From Pseudomonas phage KPP25: DNA of 64,000 nt. This document shows positions 28,817-38,773 of the stretch, in pieces (the stretch's first letter is position 1; each line of letters starts with the position of its first letter). The stretch lies in the sequence record AB910393.1; one strand, written 5' to 3'. The notes under the pieces were generated by a model. That model searched no databases and had not been told where the DNA came from. It saw nothing but the letters and a program-made list of their open reading frames with translations. Position numbers and translations under genes: made by a program.

Positions 28817-29350
28817 GTGCTGATCGTCCACACTCACCCCGATCCTCGGCACATGAACCCTGAATCCATCACGCCGCCGGCACCGTTGCCCTACGTCAGC
28901 CGGCGCGCACTGGCACGTGTCCGTGAATGGACCCCGCCACCGGAGCGCTGCCCGAACTGCGACGACAGGGTGAAGCTCGTCAACAACATCGAAATCTACC
29001 GTACCCGCTCGTACGGGGAATGGCCCTACGCCTACCGCTGCGTGAACCCGCGTTGCGATAGCTTCGTCGGGCTGCACAAGCACACCGACCTGCCGCTGGG
29101 CACGTTGGCCACCAAAGCCATGCGTGACGCGCGGAAGGATGCGAAAGCAGTCTTCCACGACCTGATGGATCAATGGTCCGGCGTCTTCAACCGCTCGGAA
29201 ATGTACACCTGGCTGGCCAAACAGCTGGGTATCCCGAAAGCGCACTGCCACTTCGGAATGTTCGATGTCCCGACGTGTCGTCGCGCGCTGCAAATCTGCC
29301 TCGCAGAACTGAAGGAACGGAACAAATTTGGAAAACACACAACCTTTTGA
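28817..29350 (+). CDS. Zn-ribbon protein, about 177 aa (CPNC...C...C).
   Basis: GTG start after an AGGAG RBS. Confidence 0.45.
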   Translation: MLIVHTHPDPRHMNPESITPPAPLPYVSRRALARVREWTPPPERCPNCDDRVKLVNNIEIYRTRSYGEWPYAYRCVNPRCDSFVGLHKHTDLPLGTLATKAMRDARKDAKAVFHDLMDQWSGVFNRSEMYTWLAKQLGIPKAHCHFGMFDVPTCRRALQICLAELKERNKFGKHTTF

Positions 29351-29361
29351 GATCACCACCC

Positions 29362-29667
29362 ATGAGCAATTCCAACGACACCACCACCACCAGCACCATC
29401 ACCACCATCCTCCCCGATGATGTCGCCGCCGTAACCCCCGGCTCCATCCCGATGTCCTACTACCGCCTGCTGGCCCTGCGCGCACAGCTGCGCATCCAGG
29501 CCGCTGGCATGAAGACCCGTAGTGGCTCGATCCGCAAGAAGATCGCTGCCGAACTCGGACTCAAGCCCAGGGACAGCTACGAAGTCTTCATTGCTCGCAT
29601 CAATGAACTGATCGAAGAAGCCAAGCTGCGCGCCGGACAACGCGCTGGTGTGCTGCCCAAGGATTGA
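29362..29667 (+). CDS. Hypothetical protein, 101 aa.
   Basis: ORF. Confidence 0.45.
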   Translation: MSNSNDTTTTSTITTILPDDVAAVTPGSIPMSYYRLLALRAQLRIQAAGMKTRSGSIRKKIAAELGLKPRDSYEVFIARINELIEEAKLRAGQRAGVLPKD

Positions 29668-29679
29668 CTGGAGAACGTA

Positions 29680-30336
29680 ATGCTCGACAAGAAACGCGAC
29701 CGAATCCTCGCCAACCAGACCCCGCATGCGCGGAAGGTCTACGAATGCGTACCGATAGCTGAACCCTGGCCGGCGCACCAGATCATGGCGCAGTTGAAAG
29801 TCGATCGTGGTTCTGCCTTGAGCGTCGCGGTGGTTCGTGGCTGCTTGAAGGCTCTGCACGAAGCTGGGCTGATCCGCCGGCCGACCAGCGATCTGTACAT
29901 CCGCGAGAAGGTGACTGAATCGGCGGCCGCCACGATCGCCGAGCAGATGGACGAAACCGTCGCCGACTACAAACGCACAAAGCCAGCCCAGCCAGCCCAG
30001 CCAGCCCAGCCAGCCCAGCCAGCCCAGCCAGCCCAGCCAGCCCAGCCAGCCCAGCCAGCCCAGCCAGCCCAGCCAGCCCAGCCAGCCCAGCCAGCCCAGC
30101 CAGCCCAGCCAGCCCAGCCAGCCCAGCCGAAGGAACCCAGCATGTCCACCTCGATCGACACCCTGCTGAAAATCGCACAGCAGCTTTCTGTCCTGGCCGC
30201 CGAAGTCGAAGAGAAGCTGTCGGAGATCGCATCCGAGATCGAGACGGCGGCCAAGCAGGTCGAGTCCACCACCGCGGCCGATCGTGAGCAGCTGGCCAAG
30301 CTCAAGCAGCTCCAGTCTCTACTGAAGGATCTGTGA
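29680..30336 (+). CDS. Winged-helix DNA-binding protein with a (PAQ)n linker and a C-terminal coiled coil.
   Basis: GGAGAACGTA RBS. It has an N-terminal wHTH-like segment. The 9-bp repeat is translated as PAQ. Confidence 0.55.
   Translation: MLDKKRDRILANQTPHARKVYECVPIAEPWPAHQIMAQLKVDRGSALSVAVVRGCLKALHEAGLIRRPTSDLYIREKVTESAAATIAEQMDETVADYKRTKPAQPAQPAQPAQPAQPAQPAQPAQPAQPAQPAQPAQPAQPAQPAQPAQPKEPSMSTSIDTLLKIAQQLSVLAAEVEEKLSEIASEIETAAKQVESTTAADREQLAKLKQLQSLLKDL
29982..30128 (+). repeat. Perfect 9-bp microsatellite (CCAGCCCAG), about 16 copies in 147 bp.
   Basis: Direct inspection. Confidence 0.9.
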
Positions 30337-30590
30337 CCATGATCAAGACCAGAAAAGAGCCGCGCAGGGATCTCGAAGAGATCCGCCGCAAGCACGAAGA
30401 GTACATCGCCGCGCACAAGGCCAGCGGCGGTGTAACCCAGGTCTACCAATGCCCGTTCTGCGCCCAGCAGATCGAGACTGCATCACCGTCTACCAAGCAC
30501 AACATGTGGGACACCATGACGAGTTGCCCCTGGTGCGATGGGCTGCATTTCAAGCGCGTGTATTTCACGCACGTCGAGGTAAGAGTATGA
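30333..30590 (+). CDS. Small Zn-finger protein (CPFC...CPWC).
   Basis: ORF. Confidence 0.45.
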   Translation: MTMIKTRKEPRRDLEEIRRKHEEYIAAHKASGGVTQVYQCPFCAQQIETASPSTKHNMWDTMTSCPWCDGLHFKRVYFTHVEVRV

Positions 30591-30913
30591 GCACGAACGA
30601 ACCACGTAATTGGCTGAACCACTACAGCTGCTCGTGCGGCTGCGAATGGTCGGATGAATGGTCCTGCCAGTGCGATGACAAGTGCCCGGAATGTGGAACC
30701 GCGTGCAGCCCGACCAAATCCGAATGGATCGGTACTGAACTTCCCAACCCTTCCATCGGCGAGAAGATGCGCTTGCGGCATTACTACGGCTACATGCGTC
30801 TGCGCTTCAACGCTGACGGCACCGTCGATGCGCAGAAGGGATCGAGCTGGGGGCCGCTGCTCACCAACCGGGAGTGGATGAAGACGCTTACCTTGTGGCG
30901 TCAAGGGAGGTAA
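30587..30913 (+). CDS. Cys-rich small protein, 108 aa.
   Basis: ATG overlapping the upstream stop. Confidence 0.45.
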   Translation: MSTNEPRNWLNHYSCSCGCEWSDEWSCQCDDKCPECGTACSPTKSEWIGTELPNPSIGEKMRLRHYYGYMRLRFNADGTVDAQKGSSWGPLLTNREWMKTLTLWRQGR

Positions 30914-30915
30914 GC

Positions 30916-31197
30916 ATGATCACCACGATTTACCACGTGACCGTCGATGTACCCACTCTGGTCTGGAATCATTTCCGCGACGACCGGATTTATTTCTGTG
31001 AGATATGCGAGGCGTTCAAAGGAAACGTAGGGTCTGGCACCAACCACTACGATGTGGTTGAAGAATGGGCCGACTTCCACGATTCCTCCACCGCCGTTGC
31101 TGCTGAGGCAAAAGCCAAGGCATTGATGGTGAAGTACGAACACCTCGCCAAGGTACTTGAGGAACAAGCTGAAGAGGGATACGAGGGTGACCACTAA
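30916..31197 (+). CDS. Hypothetical protein, 93 aa.
   Basis: GGGAGG RBS. Confidence 0.5.
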   Translation: MITTIYHVTVDVPTLVWNHFRDDRIYFCEICEAFKGNVGSGTNHYDVVEEWADFHDSSTAVAAEAKAKALMVKYEHLAKVLEEQAEEGYEGDH

Positions 31198-31489
31198 ACC
31201 TGTCCCTCAGAAGATCACCATCGAAGGTGATATCGCCACGAACGTACGCAAGCGCGGGTATCGGTTCGTACGCCGCTTCGGTTCCATACCGACTCCCGGC
31301 GACGAAGGCTCGTCATCCACCACCACGTGGCCGGTGCTGCTCTGGCAACACGCTGTCTACCCGGATCGGTTCGCTGTGTCGTACGGTGCCGATCTTACCT
31401 ATTGCCTGGACTGGGTACAGGCGGCCGAACGACTCGGCGCTGCTCTGCTCCATGCCACAACTGTCGACGGGAAAATCAACGATGACTAG
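31187..31489 (+). CDS. Hypothetical protein, about 100 aa. The start is uncertain.
   Basis: ORF. Confidence 0.3.
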   Translation: MTTKPVPQKITIEGDIATNVRKRGYRFVRRFGSIPTPGDEGSSSTTTWPVLLWQHAVYPDRFAVSYGADLTYCLDWVQAAERLGAALLHATTVDGKINDD

Positions 31490-32048
31490 CAGCAGACAAC
31501 TCAAGTTCGGTTCGTACATTTCCGGCACCATGCGCACGCAGGATCTGGTGCCGAAGTTCTTCGAGATCCTGATGTCGGTATCGACGAACGCTGTGTACCA
31601 GATCGTGCTGACCAGGGCATTCGAGGACGACATTTCGCTGCCTGATCATTGGCTCTTCGAAGCTATTACGGACGAAGAATGGCCGCACGACGACCACGGT
31701 TGGTGGTCCTCTGTCGAAGCTGCGGAAATGGTCGATGCGCTGATCAACGCGCTTCAGGACTTCGTGCCGGTGGGTCACTACTTCGGCGCGCATCCTGGCG
31801 ATGGTTCGGACTTCGGTTGCTGGCGCTTCGAGGACTCGCATCTGTTCACCGTGTTCGTACGCCAGAGTAACAACGAAGGCACCACGTACGTCGAGTCGGT
31901 GTGGACGAGTAACGCCACCGAAGCCGCCGAGATAATCCTCGCCAACTGCGCCAATGCGTGGGAGCGCCCCGCATCGGAACTGCGCGTACTGGGCATCATC
32001 GCCAGCGAGGCAGAAATCGAAGTCGTTGAATGGAACGACGAGGAATAG
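31482..32048 (+). CDS. Hypothetical protein, 188 aa.
   Basis: ORF. Confidence 0.5.
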   Translation: MTSSRQLKFGSYISGTMRTQDLVPKFFEILMSVSTNAVYQIVLTRAFEDDISLPDHWLFEAITDEEWPHDDHGWWSSVEAAEMVDALINALQDFVPVGHYFGAHPGDGSDFGCWRFEDSHLFTVFVRQSNNEGTTYVESVWTSNATEAAEIILANCANAWERPASELRVLGIIASEAEIEVVEWNDEE

Positions 32049-32051
32049 ACC

Positions 32052-32717
32052 GTGGACGACATCCAAGTTCGGCTAGCCAAGTACAAAGACCGTAAAGAAG
32101 AATCTCGATACTTCAAAACCCTCTTTTACAACTACGGCCTCAGCTTTGGACACCCGAATGGCGGACGTACTCCCGACCGCGGTGAGTTCACGACCTGGGT
32201 CGAACCCTCGCTTCGATTCGTAGGTAACGCGGATTGCTTGGCGCGCATCGGGCGCCGAGGCTGGTACATCGATCTGTTCCAGCACGATGTTGCATATGGG
32301 GAGGTCTATCAGCTCTCGGCCAGGAATGGCGAAGAGCGCTATCTGGCTGCCTACGTCTACAGCTACGACACCGACTGCGTGACGTTCGACATCACTGAGG
32401 TGTTCGACGACAAACGAGAAGCAGCCCTGGCCGCCGACGAAATGGCCAGGATCGCCGCCGAGCATAGCCGCGAAGCTGATCAGGAAGACGAAATCAACCA
32501 ACAGAAAGAAGAGGCGCGTGGACTACGCGCTGAGGTACGCACGCGCATGCGTGCGGTGATCGCCGGACTGCGCTGGAAGCGCCACGCAGCCAGGATGATG
32601 TCGCCGGTCTACATCCCGGACATCTTCAACGTGCTGGCCATGGAAGAATTGAGCCGCGGGTTCGAAGCACGCGCTGAGCTGTACAAGCTTTGGAAGAACG
32701 GACCCGACAATCTATAG
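32052..32717 (+). CDS. Hypothetical protein, 221 aa.
   Basis: GTG start with a GAGGAA RBS. Confidence 0.5.
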   Translation: MDDIQVRLAKYKDRKEESRYFKTLFYNYGLSFGHPNGGRTPDRGEFTTWVEPSLRFVGNADCLARIGRRGWYIDLFQHDVAYGEVYQLSARNGEERYLAAYVYSYDTDCVTFDITEVFDDKREAALAADEMARIAAEHSREADQEDEINQQKEEARGLRAEVRTRMRAVIAGLRWKRHAARMMSPVYIPDIFNVLAMEELSRGFEARAELYKLWKNGPDNL

Positions 32718-32732
32718 CTGGAGGGTTAGGCC

Positions 32733-33086
32733 GTGAGTGATTGCTTCGATCACATGGTAGATGCGTTCGAGGACTACGAAGCCCGCGGGTGTGACGATGA
32801 TGCTGGTGACGGAAGTTGGTTCCTGTCTCGTCGCGACCGTCGCGGCCGTCGCGGTCGTAGCAGCCGTCGTAGCAGCACTTTTGTACGTGACCCTCTCTAC
32901 TACCACACCAAGCTCGAATTCAAGCGAATCGTCCACCGCACCGACAAAGCCATCCTGTTCGAATTCAAGCATTTCGGCGAGCAATGGGTTCCTGAAAAGC
33001 TCTGCCGAAAACTAAACGAAGAGGAATGCTCAGTCTTCGTTTACACCCCATTCATCCGCAGCATCACACTACGAGGAACACCGTAA
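32733..33086 (+). CDS. Hypothetical protein, 117 aa, with an Arg-rich segment.
   Basis: GTG start with a GGAGGG RBS. Confidence 0.45.
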   Translation: MSDCFDHMVDAFEDYEARGCDDDAGDGSWFLSRRDRRGRRGRSSRRSSTFVRDPLYYHTKLEFKRIVHRTDKAILFEFKHFGEQWVPEKLCRKLNEEECSVFVYTPFIRSITLRGTP

Positions 33087-33694
33087 TGCACGACTTCATC
33101 ATCACCCTGAACCTGGCTTACCTCGGCCGCCAACTCTCGTCGACCCATGGTACGCAGAAAGGCTACGCGAACCAGCTCATGGTTCTTCTTCGCATCGCGG
33201 ACCTCAACGAGGTGAAGGCTACTGAGCATGCGAACATCCGCATGACCGCCGAGCAATTCGCTGAGTTCATCTACCTCCGCGCAGCCGCCGGTGCCACGAA
33301 CGGCATCAAGGAACTGCAAGCTCGGCGTGTGCCGTCCAACCAGCCGACTGATGTCTACCTGACGCGAGACTTGACCGGTACCGATCTGGATAGCCAAGGC
33401 TACCCGAAACAAGGCCGGCGAAGCCCTGCCCTCGACGACGCTATATCCGTAGTTGCAGACATCAACATGTCCGCCACCGGGAGCGCATCGGCGTCTACCG
33501 GCGGTATGAGCCACTACGCAGCGGAGATCGATACGCTGCGTGCCATGGCTTCGAAAGTCGAAGACGCACAGATCGTATCGATCTGCGGCGGCATCGAAGT
33601 GGATCGCATCAGCGCACTGGATCTGGTGTACGACGAAATCCACAAGCGTGAACAGGCTATCGCCAGCATGTTCACTTCCAACCGTCAACAGTAA
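33086..33694 (+). CDS. Hypothetical protein, 202 aa.
   Basis: GAGGAAC RBS. Confidence 0.5.
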   Translation: MHDFIITLNLAYLGRQLSSTHGTQKGYANQLMVLLRIADLNEVKATEHANIRMTAEQFAEFIYLRAAAGATNGIKELQARRVPSNQPTDVYLTRDLTGTDLDSQGYPKQGRRSPALDDAISVVADINMSATGSASASTGGMSHYAAEIDTLRAMASKVEDAQIVSICGGIEVDRISALDLVYDEIHKREQAIASMFTSNRQQ

Positions 33695-33705
33695 GGATCA
33701 TCACC

Positions 33706-34104
33706 ATGGGTAGTCACGTTGCAATAGCGCATTACCTCGACCCCATTACGGGCGAAAAACACAACGAGCACATTCTGCTCGATACGCAACTGAAAGACAG
33801 GCTGCCGGACCATCCGGTAGCTATCGGCTTCGAACTGAACGACGAGCACAAGAAGCTGCATGCCGATGGTTACATCGCCCTGGTCGCTATCGACCGTGCG
33901 AAATCCCGCGGCACCAGACCGCAGGATGTATATCGCCTGGGTACTCACATGCACGTTCGCCGTGAAGCACTCAAGCACATCCTGAACATCAACGACGCGG
34001 ATCTGGCACTGCCGCTGATTTGGGTCGATGTGGAAGTCATCGACACCATCAAGGCAATGGCTGGTATCGAAGAGGAAAATGCCAGTGCAGAAGAAGCCGA
34101 GTAA
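33706..34104 (+). CDS. Hypothetical protein, 132 aa.
   Basis: AAGGA RBS. Confidence 0.5.
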   Translation: MGSHVAIAHYLDPITGEKHNEHILLDTQLKDRLPDHPVAIGFELNDEHKKLHADGYIALVAIDRAKSRGTRPQDVYRLGTHMHVRREALKHILNINDADLALPLIWVDVEVIDTIKAMAGIEEENASAEEAE

Positions 34105-34495
34105 GGACGCAGCACTGAATGTGCTGGAGTTCATCGCCAACGAAGCCCTCGAAGCGATCGCCAAGTTCGAAGCAGTGCAGAGCGACGACAACATGTCGGA
34201 ACTCTTCGCTACCCGGATGCGCCTGAAGGTGCAGCTCGACGAACTAAAAGCAGCGCGTGGCGAATCGCTCACCAACGATCTGTACCTCAACGGCTCGTTG
34301 CGTGATGTGAAGTCGCCGGAGCTGCTGATGCTCAAGCGCGGCGAAATCGAGTCCATCGAGTACATCAAGCGCCGGGCGACGATCCTGCGCAAGAAGCTCG
34401 GTATCTCCCACTACAACGCACTGGAGTTCCTGGCGCGCGAAGCTGGTTTCGATTCGTACCGCCACGCGCTCCGAGAGCTGGAGTACGGCAAGTGA
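34079..34495 (+). CDS. Hypothetical protein, 138 aa.
   Basis: GAAGAGGAAA RBS. Confidence 0.45.
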   Translation: MPVQKKPSKDAALNVLEFIANEALEAIAKFEAVQSDDNMSELFATRMRLKVQLDELKAARGESLTNDLYLNGSLRDVKSPELLMLKRGEIESIEYIKRRATILRKKLGISHYNALEFLAREAGFDSYRHALRELEYGK

Positions 34496-34758
34496 CCATC
34501 CCGTTCAACGACGATTTTATCGTCATCGAATACGAACCCGACGAGACGAAAGGCGAACTTGCGGAGTACCTGTATGGTTCCGCGACGTACGACTTCGCTC
34601 TGCCCGTAGAGTGGGTCAAACGTGCCGAAGCTATCACCGGCCAGCAGGTAGTACCGCACTTCGTGTGGTTGTACCCGTCGGGCGATATAGCTGGCATGCC
34701 TGCGCCACTCACCCTCACCGGCGTGCATATCCTGATGCAGTTAGCGCGCTACCCGTAA
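34492..34758 (+). CDS. Hypothetical protein, 88 aa.
   Basis: ORF. Confidence 0.4.
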   Translation: MTIPFNDDFIVIEYEPDETKGELAEYLYGSATYDFALPVEWVKRAEAITGQQVVPHFVWLYPSGDIAGMPAPLTLTGVHILMQLARYP

Positions 34759-34815
34759 ACCGTCCACCCACTCAACCACTCAACCATTCATTTCTCTACG
34801 CAAGGAACATCGGAT

Positions 34816-36288
34816 ATGTCGAACAACGCCACCGTCAAGAAAGCCGTCAAGTCGCTCAGCGAAATCCCCGAACAGCACCACGTCGCCGAGATCGTCCACC
34901 ACGGCGACAAGCTGACCCTGCCCGAAGGCATGGGCGTCAGCGATGCCATCGAGCTGCTGGAGCGCCGCCGCAGCTACCTCGAAGAAGCTGTCGGCCTGAC
35001 GCGCACTTTCAACGTCTTCCCTTGGGACGGCGCGAACGCCATCAACATCGCCCTGGCACGTCGTTTCGGCTGGGCTGCCGCCGAGGCTACCCCTGGCTTC
35101 TTCGGCAGCACTCCGCCGAAGATGATCACCATCGAAGTCGGCCCTGGCCAGACCCGTCGTGTACCGTGGGGCCGCTTCAGCATGCCGGGTATCGATGGTT
35201 ACGTGGGAACCAGCGCCAGCATGAAAGACGGCCGTCTGTGCTTCCAGCTGGTCGCGGAGGTCCGGCGTAAGGACGAGCAGACCATCGAGAAGCTGTTCGA
35301 TGAAGTCGAAGACGTGCTGAAGCACGAATCGATCTACGCCGGCAAGGCGATCAAGATCCGCTTCCGTGACGACGACGGCAACACCCTGGAAATGCCCGAG
35401 CCGAAGTTCCTCGACGTGAGCGGCGTGTCGCGCGACATGCTGGTGTACTCGAAAGAAGTCACCGACTCCATCGAAACCAACCTGTTCACGCCCATCGAGC
35501 GCGTCCACGACTGCATCAAGAACGGTATCCCGGTCAAGCGCGGTGTCCTATTGGGCGGCCCGTACGGTACCGGTAAGACCCTGGCCGCCACCGTTGCCTC
35601 GCGTCTCGCTGTCGACGCCGGCGTAACCTACCTGTACGTGCCGCGTGCGGACGAGCTGGCCGACGCCATCGAGTTCGCCAAGCAGTACCAAGACGTGGCC
35701 TGCGTGATCTTCTGCGAGGACATCGATCGCTGCATGAGCGGCGAGCGTTCGGTGGCAATGGACGACATCCTGAACATCCTCGACGGCATCGACACCAAGT
35801 CGTCGCGGATCATCACCGTTCTCACCACCAACCACCTGACCGACATCAACCCGGCCATGCTGCGCCCCGGCCGCCTGGACGCGATCATCGACGTGGTTCC
35901 GCCGGACGCCGAAGCCGTCGTTCGCCTGATCAAGCTCTACGGCGCTGGCGACATCGACGAGCAAGCTGACCTGACCCCGGCGGCCGAGCTGCTGGCCGGT
36001 GCGATTCCGGCGGTCATCGCCGAGGTAGTCAAGCGTTCGAAGCTGGCCCAGCTCCAGCTGCAAGCGCCGGGCACCGCGATCGAGAAGATCACCGGCGACG
36101 CGATTCTGCTGGCGGCGCAGGCCATCCAGAGCCAAGTCAAGCTGCTAGCCGAGCAGTCCATGCCGCGTGTGGCTCCGCTCACCATGGACAGCCTGCTGCG
36201 CAACATCGTCAAGGACGAGTTCGAAGCGCTTGCAACCGAACTGGACAGCATCCGCCAGTTGTCCGAAAGCATCCGCGAACGCGTATAA
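34816..36288 (+). CDS. AAA+ ATPase (classical AAA clade), 490 aa, with an N-terminal domain of about 240 aa of unknown function.
   Basis: Walker A (GGPYGTGKT), Walker B (VIFCEDID), sensor-1 (TTN) and an Arg finger (RPGRLD). Confidence 0.75.
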   Translation: MSNNATVKKAVKSLSEIPEQHHVAEIVHHGDKLTLPEGMGVSDAIELLERRRSYLEEAVGLTRTFNVFPWDGANAINIALARRFGWAAAEATPGFFGSTPPKMITIEVGPGQTRRVPWGRFSMPGIDGYVGTSASMKDGRLCFQLVAEVRRKDEQTIEKLFDEVEDVLKHESIYAGKAIKIRFRDDDGNTLEMPEPKFLDVSGVSRDMLVYSKEVTDSIETNLFTPIERVHDCIKNGIPVKRGVLLGGPYGTGKTLAATVASRLAVDAGVTYLYVPRADELADAIEFAKQYQDVACVIFCEDIDRCMSGERSVAMDDILNILDGIDTKSSRIITVLTTNHLTDINPAMLRPGRLDAIIDVVPPDAEAVVRLIKLYGAGDIDEQADLTPAAELLAGAIPAVIAEVVKRSKLAQLQLQAPGTAIEKITGDAILLAAQAIQSQVKLLAEQSMPRVAPLTMDSLLRNIVKDEFEALATELDSIRQLSESIRERV

Positions 36289-36304
36289 CCGTTCGCATCA
36301 CCAA

Positions 36305-36335
36305 AAGCGGCTCCTTCGGGGGCCGCTTTTTTATC
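36305..36335 (+). terminator. Intrinsic terminator after the AAA+ gene.
   Basis: GCGGCTCC-ttcg-GGGGCCGC hairpin followed by TTTTTT. Confidence 0.6.
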
Positions 36336-36344
36336 GAGGTTCCC

Positions 36345-36677
36345 ATGACCCTATCGTTCGATTATTCCGGTTTGCTGTACTTCGCCGCCGGTGTGCTGTT
36401 CGGTATCCTGATCGGCCCGGCAGCTCTGTCGCTGCTTAAACCCCGCAACAGATTCATGGAAGGCTTCAAGCACGCGGCCGTGATCATCGTGGGTGCTGAC
36501 GATCCGGCGGATGCAATCCTGTACCTGCTGAACAAGGTCGAAGAATCGAAGAGCTTCGATATGTACGACCAGTACGACGGCGGTGTAGAAGCAGCCGTGG
36601 AAATGTTCATCGACGGTATGAAGAACAGCGCACACATCGTGAATTCGTACGAGGTACACCGAAGTGACACCTATTAA
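36345..36677 (+). CDS. Hypothetical protein with an N-terminal TM helix, 110 aa.
   Basis: ORF. Confidence 0.45.
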   Translation: MTLSFDYSGLLYFAAGVLFGILIGPAALSLLKPRNRFMEGFKHAAVIIVGADDPADAILYLLNKVEESKSFDMYDQYDGGVEAAVEMFIDGMKNSAHIVNSYEVHRSDTY

Positions 36678-37041
36678 TCTCTACCACCGCCACACGCACT
36701 CGTATGTGTCTGGCTGGAAGTACCTCGACAACTACACCTACATCGGCAACGCACTCGTCAAGTCGCCTATGCACAAGTTGTTCGAAGACGACGAAAGCGT
36801 GAAGTACCACGGTGTGGTTGAGCTGCCGGCTGTGCAGCGTAAGCATATGCGTCGGGTATGGAAACGAATCGGTAAACCGGTGAGCTTCGGCCGTTTCGTA
36901 CTCAACGCGCTCGAAGATTACTGGACCGGCAGCTGCCAGTGCGAACACGACTGCTGTGGGTGTTTCTCCTACGCGGCCATAGCAAACCGCGTGAACCACA
37001 AGAAGTACACCGTGATCGTTCAAGGCCGGCGCAACATATGA
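36664..37041 (+). CDS. Cys-rich protein, 125 aa (CQCEHDCCGC).
   Basis: ORF. Confidence 0.4.
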   Translation: MTPINLYHRHTHSYVSGWKYLDNYTYIGNALVKSPMHKLFEDDESVKYHGVVELPAVQRKHMRRVWKRIGKPVSFGRFVLNALEDYWTGSCQCEHDCCGCFSYAAIANRVNHKKYTVIVQGRRNI

Positions 37042-37139
37042 CTATCGAGATCATCTACCACTTCTTCGACTACCTGCCCTGGTACACAGCGCCGGTGTGG
37101 CTGCTTCCGCTCCTAGCCTTGGCACGATAAGGAATCGAC

Positions 37140-37352
37140 ATGCCTGAATTCATCATCACCATGCTGATCTGCACCTCGCCTGATATCTGCATTCCGTTCA
37201 AAGACGACAGCATGCGCTTTACCCAGGAACGGTGCGAAGAAGTACGACAAGAGATCACTCGTCGTTACCCGCCCGACAAGTTCGCATTGCGCGTGAAGTG
37301 CGAAGTTGTGGAGCCGGTGACCAAGCCGGTACAAACCAGTCTTGTCTTTTGA
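37140..37352 (+). CDS. Small Cys-containing protein, 70 aa.
   Basis: AAGGAA RBS. Confidence 0.45.
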   Translation: MPEFIITMLICTSPDICIPFKDDSMRFTQERCEEVRQEITRRYPPDKFALRVKCEVVEPVTKPVQTSLVF

Positions 37353-37359
37353 GGTCACC

Positions 37360-37716
37360 ATGGAAGAGAACGAAAAACCCGCCGCCAAAATTGCGCACGC
37401 CAAGCGTGCCGTCCACTTCACGCTCAACGATCACACCATCACCAAGGGCATCGAGATCGCAAAAGATGCCCTGGCCATGCGCACCGGTTTGGCATCCGGC
37501 CAGAACGAAAAGTACAAGTTCGACGTGGACACCACGATGAACGGATGGGTGCTCGTAACCGTCACCAAAACTGAACCCGACGAAACCTGGGGTAAGTGGC
37601 GAACGCTGGCGCTTTCGCCGACAGCTCTGGTCGAGTTGGCTATCGCCACCGGCTTGATCAACGCCGACCTCAACGTCGAAGACCCGCTGCATATCGTTGC
37701 AGTCGCGGGCGATTAA
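37360..37716 (+). CDS. Hypothetical protein, 118 aa.
   Basis: GAGG RBS. Confidence 0.5.
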   Translation: MEENEKPAAKIAHAKRAVHFTLNDHTITKGIEIAKDALAMRTGLASGQNEKYKFDVDTTMNGWVLVTVTKTEPDETWGKWRTLALSPTALVELAIATGLINADLNVEDPLHIVAVAGD

Positions 37717-37737
37717 CCAACTACATCGGAGGCCGGC

Positions 37738-37959
37738 ATGATCATCGCGTCTTTCATGGACTTAACGCTGGACGTTCACATCCGCGTGGAATGCCGGCGT
37801 GTAACTGTGACCCTGGTCGAGTACAAGCTCGTGTACGTGAAGATCACGACCGGAGAACTCGTACTCTGCCAACCTTTCTTCGAACGCCCCGCGGTCGAGA
37901 ACCACTTCCGTGAGATCGTAGAAGACCTGATCCTTAAACAACGAGGCACTGTGCAATGA
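37738..37959 (+). CDS. Hypothetical protein, 73 aa.
   Basis: GGAGG RBS. Confidence 0.45.
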   Translation: MIIASFMDLTLDVHIRVECRRVTVTLVEYKLVYVKITTGELVLCQPFFERPAVENHFREIVEDLILKQRGTVQ

Positions 37960-38168
37960 AAAAGAACTGGAGTTCGATGGGGCTGAATTTCATGCGATCG
38001 CTGGCTGCTGGTGTGTTCTCTGGCAGCATCGGGAGAACTGCCCACCGCACGAATTACACCCCCGCGGCAGTCGATAAGCAGACACCCGAGCAAATCCAAG
38101 CTGCCAAGCAGCGCGCGCAAGAGCGTCGTGAACGACGGATGAAACGTCCGCAAGGGTTCGGAGGCTGA
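37956..38168 (+). CDS. Hypothetical protein, 70 aa, basic C-terminus.
   Basis: ORF. Confidence 0.4.
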   Translation: MKKNWSSMGLNFMRSLAAGVFSGSIGRTAHRTNYTPAAVDKQTPEQIQAAKQRAQERRERRMKRPQGFGG

Positions 38169-38170
38169 CC

Positions 38171-38632
38171 ATGAACATCAAGCATCTGGCGAGCATCGCC
38201 CGTACCAACTACACGACCATTTCGGTCGAGTTCTCCGAGACGCGCGGCAAGTTCTACACCTACAAGGCCGAACTGCCGTTCCCGCCGACCATCAGTATGG
38301 TCGTGGTTTCGTCGCCCTCGAAAGGCTACTGCTTGGCGCGGGTCGTGGAAGTCCACGACGTGCCGCAGATCGACGTGAACGCAGCGTACGACTACAAGTG
38401 GATCGTGGCCAAGGTAGACGATTCGCGCTACATGACCCTGGTCGAAGAAGACAAGGAATTCACCAAGCGCATGCGGGCGCACGAACAGACCAAGATTTAC
38501 AACGAACTGCGGGCGCAGTTCCCGCAGGCCATGGAGATCATGGGCAGCATCACCGGTCGCGTGTGCTTAGACAGGCAGCAATCGGAAGCTGCCTCGAAAG
38601 ACCCGTACGAGGATTTGAACAGCGAAGGGTGA
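38171..38632 (+). CDS. Hypothetical protein, 153 aa.
   Basis: GGAGG RBS. Confidence 0.5.
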   Translation: MNIKHLASIARTNYTTISVEFSETRGKFYTYKAELPFPPTISMVVVSSPSKGYCLARVVEVHDVPQIDVNAAYDYKWIVAKVDDSRYMTLVEEDKEFTKRMRAHEQTKIYNELRAQFPQAMEIMGSITGRVCLDRQQSEAASKDPYEDLNSEG

Positions 38633-38773
38633 TCTATCGCTGCGCCATACTCCGATAGCGCAAGGCTATCGGGGTACACCAGATATTGTGTCAAGTTCAT
38701 TGCATTTGACCGATGGGTAGGGGCAAGCCCATCCTTCACTTCCCCCTACCCATTTTCTCGCCTGGATTAGCCT

